A program made the translations under genes and the position numbers. Shown here one piece after another: positions 1 through 9,696 of a stretch of 64,000 bases of DNA (position 1 is its first letter; the number at the start of each line of letters is the position of its first letter). The notes beneath the pieces were generated by a model that made no database searches, was not told the DNA's origin, and was given only the letters and a program-made list of their open reading frames with translations. This stretch comes from Candidatus Termititenax persephonae. Lineage in GTDB: Bacteria; Margulisbacteria; Termititenacia; Termititenacales; Termititenacaceae. The stretch is taken from contig BGZO01000001.1 in assembly GCA_003864475.1 (NCBI GenBank), forward strand, positions 26,799-90,798. Direction: 5' to 3'.

Positions 1-8
1 GCGAATAA

Positions 9-1247
9 ATGGCGTACCTGCCGCACACCGAGTCGGATATACAAGAAATGCTCCGGGTGATTGGTGTACAGAGCATTGCTGACCTTTTAGGCGATGTTCC
101 GGCCAGTCTGCGGGCGGAGGGGTTAGAGGAATTTGGCTCCGTTTCCGAAATGGAATTAATGGCGGAGCTGGACAGCTCGCCGGGAGGACAAAAAGACGCG
201 CCAGACACTTTTTGCGGCGCGGGACGCTATGACCATTTTATCCCCGCCGTCGTGCCGTTGCTGGCGGGGCGCTCGGAATTTTACACCGCCTACACGCCGT
301 ATCAGCCGGAGATAAGCCAGGGGACTCTGACGGCCATCTATGAATTTCAATCAATGCTTTGTGAATTGACGGGTTTGGCTATTGCCAATGCCTCTCTCTA
401 TGACGGCGCGACGGCTTTGGCTGAGGCGGTCAATATGGCGGTGTCCACGACTGGTCGCCGGGAATATGTCGTGGTCAATCTCCTGTCGCCCAATTACCGT
501 GCGGTCTTGGCGACGAGCCTTGCGCCGCGCCAGATTACGGAGCAGAAAGAAATTACCGCCCAGACTGCCGCGGTGATTTTTAATCTGCCGGATTTTCACG
601 GCTTGCTGAGTGATTGGCAGCCGGCGCTGAACCAAGCCAAAGCCAGCGGCGCCTTGTTGATTGTCTGTGCCGACCCCTTATTGCTTTCAGTCTTGGAGCC
701 GCCGCGGGCCGACATTATCGTCGGCGAGGCACAGCCGCTGGGCAATCCGCAAAATTTTGGCGGTCCGGCTCTTGGTTATCTGGCCGCTCGTCAGGATTTT
801 TTGCGCCAAATGCCCGGACGTATAGTCGGTCGGACGGTAGACAGTAAAGGTCGGCGTTCTTTTGTCCTGACCATGCAGACCCGTGAACAGCATATCCGCC
901 GGGAAAAAGCGACTTCGAATATTTGCTCCAATCAAGCGCTTTGTGCGCTCAGGGCGGTTATTCACATGTCTTATCTGGGCCGAAGCGGCCTGCAGACCGT
1001 CGCCAAACTCTGCAAAGCCCATACCGATTATGCTAAGCAAAAACTTGGCGGGTTGCCGGGCTTTGCCGTGGAGCAGGGCGAGCATTTTCGGGATTTTGTC
1101 CTGCATTGTCCGCTAAGCGTAAAAAAATTAAATATCGGCTTGGCCTTAACGGACAAGTGTTTATTGTTGAGCGTTACGGAAAAAAACACCCGACAACAAA
1201 TAGACCTTTTGGCGGAAAAATTGCGCGGACTGGGAGAAGCCGCTTGA
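9..1247 (+). CDS. gcvPA: glycine dehydrogenase (decarboxylating) subunit 1, GcvPA
   Basis: 412-aa ORF. N-terminus MAYLPHTESDIQEML and the full-length layout are typical of the split glycine cleavage P-protein alpha subunit. It is immediately followed by the beta subunit. Confidence 0.85.
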   Translation: MAYLPHTESDIQEMLRVIGVQSIADLLGDVPASLRAEGLEEFGSVSEMELMAELDSSPGGQKDAPDTFCGAGRYDHFIPAVVPLLAGRSEFYTAYTPYQPEISQGTLTAIYEFQSMLCELTGLAIANASLYDGATALAEAVNMAVSTTGRREYVVVNLLSPNYRAVLATSLAPRQITEQKEITAQTAAVIFNLPDFHGLLSDWQPALNQAKASGALLIVCADPLLLSVLEPPRADIIVGEAQPLGNPQNFGGPALGYLAARQDFLRQMPGRIVGRTVDSKGRRSFVLTMQTREQHIRREKATSNICSNQALCALRAVIHMSYLGRSGLQTVAKLCKAHTDYAKQKLGGLPGFAVEQGEHFRDFVLHCPLSVKKLNIGLALTDKCLLLSVTEKNTRQQIDLLAEKLRGLGEAA

Positions 1248-1248
1248 A

Positions 1249-2704
1249 GATGGAGAGGCTGATTTTTGAATATTCGCGGGCAGGACGGCGGGCGCACACT
1301 CTGCCGGACGCGCCGTCGGTTGATTTTGGCTGGCCGGAACGCCAAGCTTTGCGCCTGCCCGAAGTTTCTGAGATTGATGTGGTGCGGCATTACACGCGTT
1401 TGTCCCGGCAAAATTACGGCGTGGACAATGGCTTTTATCCGCTCGGTTCCTGCACGATGAAATACAATCCCAAAGTTAATGAAAAATTTGCCGAGAAATT
1501 TGCCGGGCGTAACCCTCAAGAGGCGGACAGCGCCAATCAAGATTTGCTCAGCAAATTATATGCGACGGAGCGGATGCTCTGCCAAGTTTTCGGCTATGCC
1601 CGCTTTACGCTACAGCCTGCGGCGGGTGCGCACGGCGAGTTTACGGGACTGCTGATTATCCGCGCCTATCATCGGGACCGGGGCGACGCGCGGCGCACAA
1701 AAATTTTAGTGCCGGACGCGGCGCACGGCACGAATCCTGCTTCCTGTACCTTGGCCGGGTTTCAGCAGGTGTCCATCAAGTCCCTGCAGGGCGGCGTGGA
1801 TATTGCTGATTTAAAAAAGCATCTTGACGACACGGTGGCCGGACTGATGCTGACTAATCCCAATACGCTGGGTTTGTTTGAGAAGAATATTTTACAGATT
1901 GCCGACCTGGTGCATACGGCTGGCGGACTGCTCTACTATGACGGCGCCAACGCCAATGCGACCATGGGCATTGCCAAGCCCGCGGCCATGGGTTTTGACG
2001 TTTGTCATATCAATCTGCACAAGACTTTCTCCACTCCGCACGGCGGCGGCGGGCCGGGGGCTGGGCCGGTTGGCGTGTCCGCTGCGCTCGTTCCCTATTT
2101 GCCCTGTCCCGTGCTTGATTTTGCCCCGGAGGACGGCGGCCATTATTATTTTAATTATGCTTTGCCGAAGTCCATCGGCCAAGTCCATTCTTTTTATGGT
2201 AATGTCGGTGTCTTGCTCAAGGCCTATGCCTATTTGAGAATACAAGGCTCCGCTGGTTTAAAAAAAGCCTCGGCCTTGGCGGTCTTGAATGCTAATTATC
2301 TCAAGGCTCGTCTGCAAAAAGTTTATGACATTCCTTATCCGCGCTATTGCCAGCATGAGTTTGTCATCAGTGTCCAAAATTTTAAAAAACAATACGGGGT
2401 TACGGCGGCGGATATCGCCAAGCGGCTCATGGATTACGGGTATCATCCGCCGACGGTTTATTTCCCGCTGATTGTGCCGGAATGTCTGATGCTGGAGCCG
2501 ACCGAAACGGAAGCCAAAGAGGAGCTGGACGCTTTTTGCGACGCGCTCCTGCAAATCGCCGAGGAAGTGCGGACCAATCCAGCCTTGGTAAAGTCCGCGC
2601 CGCACAGCACAATCATTGGCCGTCCTGACGAAGTGCGGGCGGTCAAAGAGCCGGATTTAAATTATTTTAATTCTCTTGGAGTGTTTAGCGCTTACACGCG
2701 GTAA
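1249..2704 (+). CDS. gcvPB: glycine dehydrogenase (decarboxylating) subunit 2, GcvPB (PLP-dependent)
   Basis: ATG at 1249 lies 1 nt after the gcvPA stop and gives MERLIFEYSRAGRRAH. The long 1106 start in the ORF track overlaps gcvPA and is unlikely. Conserved GcvPB blocks are present (HINLHKTFSTPHGGGGPG). Confidence 0.85.
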
Positions 2705-3654
2705 TAACTTTTGTACCATTCGACAAAATTCCGGATGCCTTTAGCCAAAGTATATTGGGGCTTGTAGCCGAGCAGTTTTTGGGCTTGGCGAATGTCGGCG
2801 CAGGTCGTGAGAACATCGCCGGGTTGCCGAGGCAGTAATTGGGCCTGGGCTTTTTGCCCGAGTTGTTTTTCCAGCAGGGCGATGCAGGCGGTCAATTTTT
2901 CTGGCCGATGCTTGCCAAGATTCAGCACGGCAAAATCCAGTTTTTTAGTTTTGGCCAGGGCGCGTCTAATGCCGTCCACAATGTCGCTGATGTACGTAAA
3001 GTCCCGCGTCATTTGCCCGTGATTGTAAACCGCAATCGGCTGTCCGGCGAGAATATTTTTGGTAAATTTAAACAAGGCCATGTCCGGTCGTCCCCACGGG
3101 CCGTAGACCGTGAAGAAACGTAAGCCCACCAGATGCAGGCCGTACAGCTTGTGATAAACATGCGCCAGCAGTTCGTTGCTCCTTTTCGTCGCGGCGTAGA
3201 GCGAGATGGGCTTGTCCACGCTGTCCGTTTCCCGGAACGGGATTTTTTTGTTGTCGCCGTAAACCGAGGATGACGAAGCGTAAACAATCTCCCGGACTTG
3301 ATGCTGGCGGGCCAGTTCCAGAATGTTGACGAAGCCGTTCAGATTGCTGTGCAGGTAGGCGAAAGGGTTTTGCAATGAATAACGCACGCCCGCCTGCGCC
3401 GCCAAGTGGCAGATTTTGTTGAATTTTTCACGGCGAAAAATTTTGGCTAATTTTGGATAATCAGCCAAGTCGCATTTGTAGAATTTGTAATTGGGCTGGC
3501 GTTGCAGGATTTTATTGCGGGCTTTTTTTAGCTGCGGGTCATAATATTTATTGAGATTGTCCACGCCGACGACCTGCCAGCCAGCGCGCAGTAAGCGTTC
3601 CGCCGTGTGGAAGCCGATGAATCCGGCGCTGCCAGTAACTAAGATTTTAGGCAT
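2692..3654 (-). CDS. NAD-dependent epimerase/dehydratase, UDP-glucuronate 4-epimerase-like (extended SDR)
   Basis: N-terminal Rossmann motif TGSAGFIGFH and a YxxxK active-site region (YAATK). 320 aa. Convergent 13-nt overlap with gcvPB. Confidence 0.75.
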   Translation of the reverse strand: MPKILVTGSAGFIGFHTAERLLRAGWQVVGVDNLNKYYDPQLKKARNKILQRQPNYKFYKCDLADYPKLAKIFRREKFNKICHLAAQAGVRYSLQNPFAYLHSNLNGFVNILELARQHQVREIVYASSSSVYGDNKKIPFRETDSVDKPISLYAATKRSNELLAHVYHKLYGLHLVGLRFFTVYGPWGRPDMALFKFTKNILAGQPIAVYNHGQMTRDFTYISDIVDGIRRALAKTKKLDFAVLNLGKHRPEKLTACIALLEKQLGQKAQAQLLPRQPGDVLTTCADIRQAQKLLGYKPQYTLAKGIRNFVEWYKSYYRV

Positions 3655-3754
3655 GTCGGGAATTATAGCAAAAAAAACAGTTTAGTGGTTTTGGCCGCGG
3701 CTGGGCGGATTTTTGGTTTTTAGCCGTACTTAGAGTCATTGTTTTGGCTTGAAG

Positions 3755-3793
3755 AATATTGATATTGACATTCAATATTATTGTGTTAAACTT
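3755..3793 (+). promoter_or_regulatory. sigma70-like promoter (TTGACA at 3765-3770, TAAACT -10 near 3787) embedded in the 8-bp inverted repeat AATATTGA-N9-TCAATATT
   Basis: Read directly. AATATTGA at 3755-3762 and TCAATATT at 3772-3779 flank the -35 hexamer. It lies about 60 nt upstream of the ABC exporter operon start. Confidence 0.45.
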
Positions 3794-3844
3794 AAATTGC
3801 TTTTTTGTTTTTTTGGCAATTTGACTTCAGGGTAAGGAGCGGGC

Positions 3845-5671
3845 ATGTCTAAAACCAAACCCCGCCGGACAGGCATGGCGCGTTTGTGGGAGCTGGCTTT
3901 TCAAAAAAAAGCCCTGACTATCTCCGCCTGCTTTTTGTCTGTAGCCAGCGTGGTTGTGTCTTTCGCGCCTTTTGTGATTATTTATTATATTATCCGCGAG
4001 CTGGCGCTGCATTATGCGGACTTGACCGCGCTCAATGCGGACTATCTGCTCCGGCTCGGCTGGCTGGCTGGTGGCAGCGCGGCCACGGCGGTACTGCTAA
4101 ATTACGCGGCGTTGATGTGTTCGCATTGGGCCGCCTACACCACGCTGTACAAACTCAAGCTGGATTTTACCCGCCACCTTGCTGCTTTGCCGCTGGGTTT
4201 TCACACCGAACACTCGACCGGACAGTTGCGTAAAATAGTAGACGAAAACATCGAAAAATTGGAGGGTTTTATCGCGCATCAATTACCCGATTTGGCAGGT
4301 TCTTTTGCTATGCCGCTGGTGGCCTTGCTCATTCTTTTTTGGTTTGACTGGCGGCTGGGTCTGGCCAGTTTTGCGCCGATTCTGCTGGCTTATTTCATTC
4401 AGGCCTCCGCCTTTGGCAATAAAGCCGCGCAGGAATTTATAAAGAAATATCAGGACTCACTGGAGGAGCTGAATAACGCGGCGGTCGAATACGTGCGCGG
4501 CATCACGGTGGTCAAGGCTTTTAACCAGACGATTTTTTCTTTCCGCAAATTTTACGCCACTATTAAAAATTACGGACGCTTTTGTCTGAACTACACGCTG
4601 TCTTTTGAAAAGTATATGGTTCTGTTTATGCTGGCCATCGGCAATGTGTATGTGTTCCTGTTGCCAGCAATTATCTGGCTGGCTGACTCTGCGGCAGATT
4701 ACGCGCAGTTTGCGCTCTCCGCGGTGTTTTATCTGATATTTTCTGTGTCGCTGGCCACACCTTTTCTCAAGCTGCTGTATGTCTCGCAGACCGGACAGCA
4801 AATCGCGGACGGCGTGGCGCGTATGGACAAAATGCTGGATGCCCAGCCGTTGCCGGAGACCAAAACCCCGTTGACGGTGGACAGTTATTCGGTAAGTTTT
4901 AGGAATGTAACTTTTGCTTACAACAGCGGCGCGCAGACAGTCCCCGCCGCGCTGACGGACGTGAGTTTTACGGCGAGGCAGGGTGAGGTAACCGCGCTGG
5001 TCGGACCGTCCGGCGGCGGTAAAAGCACGATAGCCCAGCTGATTCCCCGCTTTTATGACGCGCAGTCCGGCGCGGTCAAGATTGGCGGCGTGAACATTCG
5101 GGATATGGCCAATGAATATTTGTTGAGCATAGTTAGTTTTGTTTTTCAGGAAGTGTTTTTGTTCAAGCAGAGTGTCGCAGACAATATCTTGATTGGCAAT
5201 AAAAACGCTTCCCGGGCGGAAGTCATCGCCGCCGCCCAGGCCGCGCAGTGCCATGAGTTTGTGCAAAAACTGCCGCAAGGCTATGACACGGTGATTGGCG
5301 CTCGGAATATTCATCTTTCGGGCGGGGAACGCCAGCGTCTCGTGCTGGCGCGGGCTATCCTTAAAAACGCGCCGATACTGGTGCTGGACGAGGCCACGGC
5401 TTTTGCCGACCCGGAAAATGAGCATAAGATACAACTGGCTCTGGAAAAATTAATGCGGGATAAGACGGTCATTATCATTGCCCACCGTCTCTCCACCGTG
5501 CGTGGCGCGGACAAAATACTGGTGCTGGACAGAGGGAAAATAGTTGAAGAAGGGACACCTGAAAAATTAGCCGCCGCGCAGGGACTTTACAGCCGGATGT
5601 GGGCGCAGTATGCGAGTGCGCTGAATTGGACATTATCCTCCGGCGCGGAAAAGGGGCGGGTCGATGTTTAA
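3845..5671 (+). CDS. ABC transporter permease/ATP-binding protein (half-transporter, exporter type)
   Basis: N-terminal six-TM region, Walker A GPSGGGKST, ABC signature LSGGERQR and Walker B ILVLDEAT. Confidence 0.85.
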   Translation: MSKTKPRRTGMARLWELAFQKKALTISACFLSVASVVVSFAPFVIIYYIIRELALHYADLTALNADYLLRLGWLAGGSAATAVLLNYAALMCSHWAAYTTLYKLKLDFTRHLAALPLGFHTEHSTGQLRKIVDENIEKLEGFIAHQLPDLAGSFAMPLVALLILFWFDWRLGLASFAPILLAYFIQASAFGNKAAQEFIKKYQDSLEELNNAAVEYVRGITVVKAFNQTIFSFRKFYATIKNYGRFCLNYTLSFEKYMVLFMLAIGNVYVFLLPAIIWLADSAADYAQFALSAVFYLIFSVSLATPFLKLLYVSQTGQQIADGVARMDKMLDAQPLPETKTPLTVDSYSVSFRNVTFAYNSGAQTVPAALTDVSFTARQGEVTALVGPSGGGKSTIAQLIPRFYDAQSGAVKIGGVNIRDMANEYLLSIVSFVFQEVFLFKQSVADNILIGNKNASRAEVIAAAQAAQCHEFVQKLPQGYDTVIGARNIHLSGGERQRLVLARAILKNAPILVLDEATAFADPENEHKIQLALEKLMRDKTVIIIAHRLSTVRGADKILVLDRGKIVEEGTPEKLAAAQGLYSRMWAQYASALNWTLSSGAEKGRVDV

Positions 5672-7406
5672 TTGCCAAGAATTACTGGGCTTATCGGACG
5701 GTGGCTACCGGGATTTTTTGCGCGGCGTACGCGCCTGTGTCCTGACCAATCTGCTGCTCTTGCTGTCTTTTGCCGTGATTATTCAGGCGGTCATTGTTCT
5801 CTTGGAGCCGTTGTTAAGCGGCGCGCCGTTAAATATTCGGCAGCTCTGGTTATTATTTGGCGTGGGTGCGGCGGTGGTTATGCTGTACTTTTTTGCCTAT
5901 CAAAATGAGTACCGTCAGACTTATACAGTGTCCTACAGCGAATCGGAGAAAATCCGGCTGGAAGTGGCGGAACATATTCGCCGCCTGCCGTTGAGTTTTT
6001 TCAATAACAAAGACTTGTCCGAACTGACCACCAATATAATGGCGGATTGCACCACCATCGAGCATGTCATGAGCCACGTGCTGCCGGGTCTGTGCGCGGA
6101 TATTATTGCGGCGGGTCTGGCCTGTGGCGCGTTGGCTTTTTATGACTGGCGCATGGCTCTGGCTTTGTTTGCCGCCTTGCCGCTGGCGCTGGGTCTGATT
6201 TTAGGCGGACGACAAATACAGGCTAAATTTGGCGAGCGTCATGTGCAGGCCAAGCTGAGAGTTTCAGACCAAGTGCAGGAATATCTGGACGGCATCAAGG
6301 TGGTCAAGGCTTTCGGACTGTCCGGCGAAAAATCCCGGGCGCTGGAAACAGCCCTGCGCTCGATGATGTTCGAGGCGATTAAATTTGAGGGAATTACCGG
6401 CACGGCTGTTACGCTGGCCATGATGATTCTGCAGGTGGGTCTCGGTTTGGTAACGCTGGTCGGCGTACTGCTTTTGCTGGGCGGCAGTCTGGACATTATC
6501 AAATTGTTGACTTTTATTATCATCAGTGCGCGTATTTATTCGCCGCTGATTGTCGTTTTTACCCTGCTGCCGGAACTTTTTTATTTTCTTATTTCCACAC
6601 GGCGTATGCAGGCTCTGCGCCGTGAGCCGCTTTTGGGCGGCGCGGAAGATATTGTTTTGCCGGACTACAATATTGAATTGAGAAATGTCAGCTTTGCCTA
6701 CAACAATAAAGATGTGCTGAAAAATATAAGCCTGAAAATTCCGCAAAATAGTGTTACTGCGCTGGTCGGACCGTCCGGCGGCGGCAAGACCACGGTCGCG
6801 CGCCTGATTGCCCGTTTCTGGGATGTGCGGTCAGGGGAAATATTGATTGGCGGCCAGAATATCTGCGGCATTGACCCGGAACGCCTGTTGCATTATATGA
6901 GTTTTGTTTTTCAGGACGTGGTGTTGTTTAACGACACGGTAATGAACAATATCCGTATTGGCAAACAGGACGCTTCGGATGCCCAAGTATGCGCGGCGGC
7001 TAAAATGGCGCGTTGCGACGAGTTTAGCCAAAGACTGCCGCAGGGTTACGCGACCATTATCGGCGAGAACGGCTGTACATTGTCGGGCGGCGAGCGTCAG
7101 CGTATTTCCATTGCCCGGGCGCTTTTGAAAGACGCGCCTATAGTCTTGCTGGACGAGGCCACCGCCAGCCTGGACCCGGAAAACGAAACCCAGATACAAG
7201 CGGCTCTGGCGGAGCTGGTCAAAGGCCGGACGGTTATCGTCATCGCGCACAGACTACGCACGGTGTTGGCTGCGGATAAAATAGCGGTGCTGGATAACGG
7301 GCGGCTGGTGGAGGAAGGCTCCGCCCTTGACTTGCCCAGGGACGGACTTTTCGCGCGGCTGTACAAACTGCAACAGGAAAGCCTGGGCTGGTCAATTAAG
7401 CGTTAG
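5664..7406 (+). CDS. ABC transporter permease/ATP-binding protein (second half-transporter, heterodimer partner)
   Basis: Same architecture (GPSGGGKTT, LSGGERQR, VLLDEATASLD). An 8-nt overlap with the upstream gene suggests translational coupling as a heterodimeric exporter. Confidence 0.85.
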   Translation: MFNCQELLGLSDGGYRDFLRGVRACVLTNLLLLLSFAVIIQAVIVLLEPLLSGAPLNIRQLWLLFGVGAAVVMLYFFAYQNEYRQTYTVSYSESEKIRLEVAEHIRRLPLSFFNNKDLSELTTNIMADCTTIEHVMSHVLPGLCADIIAAGLACGALAFYDWRMALALFAALPLALGLILGGRQIQAKFGERHVQAKLRVSDQVQEYLDGIKVVKAFGLSGEKSRALETALRSMMFEAIKFEGITGTAVTLAMMILQVGLGLVTLVGVLLLLGGSLDIIKLLTFIIISARIYSPLIVVFTLLPELFYFLISTRRMQALRREPLLGGAEDIVLPDYNIELRNVSFAYNNKDVLKNISLKIPQNSVTALVGPSGGGKTTVARLIARFWDVRSGEILIGGQNICGIDPERLLHYMSFVFQDVVLFNDTVMNNIRIGKQDASDAQVCAAAKMARCDEFSQRLPQGYATIIGENGCTLSGGERQRISIARALLKDAPIVLLDEATASLDPENETQIQAALAELVKGRTVIVIAHRLRTVLAADKIAVLDNGRLVEEGSALDLPRDGLFARLYKLQQESLGWSIKR

Positions 7407-7419
7407 ATTATAATACTTT

Positions 7420-7474
7420 GTGAATATTCGTAAAAATATTGACATATTCACTGAAAATAATAAAAATCAGTGAA
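7420..7474 (+). promoter_or_regulatory. nested inverted repeats (GTGAATATTC; ATATTCAC; TTCACTGA-N12-TCAGTGAA) overlapping a TTGACA hexamer at 7439-7444
   Basis: Read directly. It shares the ATATTGACAT core with the 3755-3779 element upstream of the ABC operon. Confidence 0.4.
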
Positions 7475-7598
7475 TGTATACAATAAGAGAGGTATTTGGC
7501 ACATCGGACAGCAATTTCGCGGCTCAAAAGCCGGGGCGTGAGCGCGGTAACTAACTTATTTTTATGTGGTATTCTCGCGCAGACCTATCCGCAAAAAA

Positions 7599-7614
7599 TG
7601 GCTTAGCTAAGCCA
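7599..7614. promoter_or_regulatory. perfect 16-bp palindrome TGGCTTAGCTAAGCCA (candidate operator)
   Basis: It is its own reverse complement and lies 16 nt upstream of a TTGACA-N18-TAAGAT promoter-like element. Confidence 0.4.
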
Positions 7615-7629
7615 AAAATTATTAGAAGT

Positions 7630-7659
7630 TTGACATCGCCTGCTAAAGTAGTGTAAGAT
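7630..7659 (+). promoter_or_regulatory. sigma70-like promoter TTGACA-N18-TAAGAT for the small gene at 7683
   Basis: Hexamers read directly. A GGAGGG Shine-Dalgarno at 7674-7679 precedes the ATG at 7683. Confidence 0.45.
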
Positions 7660-7682
7660 GTCGCGGCTCTATTGGAGGGAAA

Positions 7683-8057
7683 ATGGCTGAAGCGGGCAAG
7701 AAAGATTTACCAAAAGAGGAGACTGTTGCCAAGCAATCTGTGGAGACGATTTACGCGGAGACTGTCAATTGTTCCAAATCGCGGGCTGGTTCGATTAACG
7801 CGGGACGCGCGGAGATTGACCACTCAGGCATTGGCTTGCTCAAAGCGCAAAACGTCCAGCAGAGTAATTGCGGCAATGCCGTGGTGGTGGCCAAAAATCT
7901 CAAAACCTCTTCGGTGCGCTCTTTAATTACCATCTCGGACAATATTGAGGGCAATGTGCGGACGGTTTTGGACAAGCAAGGCGCGGCTATTTGTGGCGTG
8001 GTTTTTGCCTCGGTATTTATGTTTTTCCGCATAATTCGCCGTCTCTGTTTCCGATAA
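7683..8057 (+). CDS. hypothetical small protein with a C-terminal hydrophobic anchor (124 aa)
   Basis: Good SD and its own promoter. The C-terminus AAICGVVFASVFMFFRIIRR looks like a TM tail. No family recognised. Confidence 0.5.
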   Translation: MAEAGKKDLPKEETVAKQSVETIYAETVNCSKSRAGSINAGRAEIDHSGIGLLKAQNVQQSNCGNAVVVAKNLKTSSVRSLITISDNIEGNVRTVLDKQGAAICGVVFASVFMFFRIIRRLCFR

Positions 8058-8075
8058 TTTTCGACAGGGAGTTTT

Positions 8076-9245
8076 ATGGATAAAAATATCGTTACTTATT
8101 CGCGTTCAGCGACGGTCAATCTTTCGCGGATTTGTTCTTGCCTGTGCGACTATTGCGACTACCCGACCAATAATCTTGACCAAAACCAGTTTGAGCTGGT
8201 CATTCCTTATTTGACCATCAAGCTTTGCAATCAGGCTAAGAAAGCCGGGGCGAAAGAGGTCATGTTTGTGGCCGGAGAGCGACCTGACAATTTTTCGGCG
8301 GTCCGCGCCCGCCTTGACCTGTGGGGTTTTAACTCTTACATCGAATATGTCTATACGGTTTGTGAATTGATTTTTTTGGAAGGCCTACTGCCTTCGCTGA
8401 ATATCGGCTATCTTTCCAAGGAAGAGATTTTGGGTAGCCACGACGAGACTGGCTGGAACGGCATTCGGCGTATCGCGTCGGCGATTTATATGATGCTGGA
8501 CTGCGCCGATGAGAAAATCTTGGAAAAATATTCGCCGCGCAAGACCTTGCAGTCGCGCGTGGACACGATTTCTTACGCCGGGGTGGGCAAAGTGCCGATT
8601 ACCACGGGCATCCTGGTGGGGCTGGGCGAGTCGGACAAGAGCCGCCGTGAGGCGATGGAGATTATCAAGGCCTTGCATCAAGAGTACGGCAATATCCAAA
8701 ATGTCGTCCTGCAGAATTATCGGCCTATCGGGAACCCCAAATTTGAGATAAAAAGCCAGACCAAAAAAGACGAATTGTTACGGGTCTGCGAGATGGCGCG
8801 GCGGATTTTGCCGGACGATGTGCCAATCACAATCCCGGCCGTGTCTACGGAAAATATCCTGCCTTTTATCAATGCGGGAGTGCGCGACATCGGCTCTTTT
8901 GACGTGCTGACGGAGAAAAAATCAGGGCTGAATTACAATGAACTGCTCGGCGATTTGGAGAAAAGCTTGAAGAAAAAAGGGCTGGGCTTGCAAAGGCGTT
9001 TGCCGATTTTTTCTAAATACATTATCGACAATTGGTATTCACGCAAGCTGGCGCAGGTCTTGGACAGATACAAGGCTCTGCTCAAAGGCTCGGAGGACCC
9101 TGATTTGAGCGCGGAGACGGACAGCGCCTTTGCGGAAGAGTTTGCCTCCATTGTGCCGCGGCAGCGTAAAAAGAAAAAGACGGTGAGAAAAGCCAAACCG
9201 CACCCGGTCAAGAAAACCAAGGGCGGGAAGAGCAGAAAGAGATAG
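8076..9245 (+). CDS. radical SAM protein of the CofG/CofH/MqnC/MqnE/ThiH-like family with a polybasic C-terminal tail
   Basis: CxxxCxxC motif (CSCLCDYC). The N-terminal VTYSRSATVNLSRIC block resembles CofG/MqnE. It ends in RQRKKKKTVRKAKPHPVKKTKGGKSRKR. Confidence 0.6.
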   Translation: MDKNIVTYSRSATVNLSRICSCLCDYCDYPTNNLDQNQFELVIPYLTIKLCNQAKKAGAKEVMFVAGERPDNFSAVRARLDLWGFNSYIEYVYTVCELIFLEGLLPSLNIGYLSKEEILGSHDETGWNGIRRIASAIYMMLDCADEKILEKYSPRKTLQSRVDTISYAGVGKVPITTGILVGLGESDKSRREAMEIIKALHQEYGNIQNVVLQNYRPIGNPKFEIKSQTKKDELLRVCEMARRILPDDVPITIPAVSTENILPFINAGVRDIGSFDVLTEKKSGLNYNELLGDLEKSLKKKGLGLQRRLPIFSKYIIDNWYSRKLAQVLDRYKALLKGSEDPDLSAETDSAFAEEFASIVPRQRKKKKTVRKAKPHPVKKTKGGKSRKR

Positions 9246-9289
9246 CTGAATTTTTGCACCCCCCAAAAAACGGCCTACCGCCTGTTCCC

Positions 9290-9694
9290 TTATTTTTCTA
9301 TTACGCAGGTCGTGTCAATGCCGCCGCGCGTGTTGTAGCTGGTCGTAACTTTGAGTTGCTTGGCCCGCAAAACTTTTTGGAGGTCGGCGAAGATTTTTTG
9401 TGTGGCGTGTTCCTGATAAATCCCGACTTGGCGGTAAGAGAGCAGGTAATATTTCAGAGATTTTAACTCGATGATTTTCTGGTTTGGCGTGTATTCAATA
9501 GTTACGGTGGCGATGTCTGGCAGTCCCGAGAAAGGGCAGACCGCCGAGAATTCTGGGGTCGTGCAAGTGATGCGCTGATTGGGTGTCTGCCCAATCGCCA
9601 GTTCGGGCAGGGCATAGGGAAAAGTTTCCAGCAATTCCGGACGGATGGAGTCCGGTTTGGCAAAAGGCAATTTTTCCCCGTCAGCGCGCACCAT
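9290..9694 (-). CDS. queF: NADPH-dependent 7-cyano-7-deazaguanine reductase QueF (type I)
   Basis: Active-site Cys block FSAVCPFSGLPD, KSLKYYLLSYR and C-terminal RGGID are all QueF hallmarks. Confidence 0.8.
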   Translation of the reverse strand: MVRADGEKLPFAKPDSIRPELLETFPYALPELAIGQTPNQRITCTTPEFSAVCPFSGLPDIATVTIEYTPNQKIIELKSLKYYLLSYRQVGIYQEHATQKIFADLQKVLRAKQLKVTTSYNTRGGIDTTCVIEK

Positions 9695-9696
9695 GA

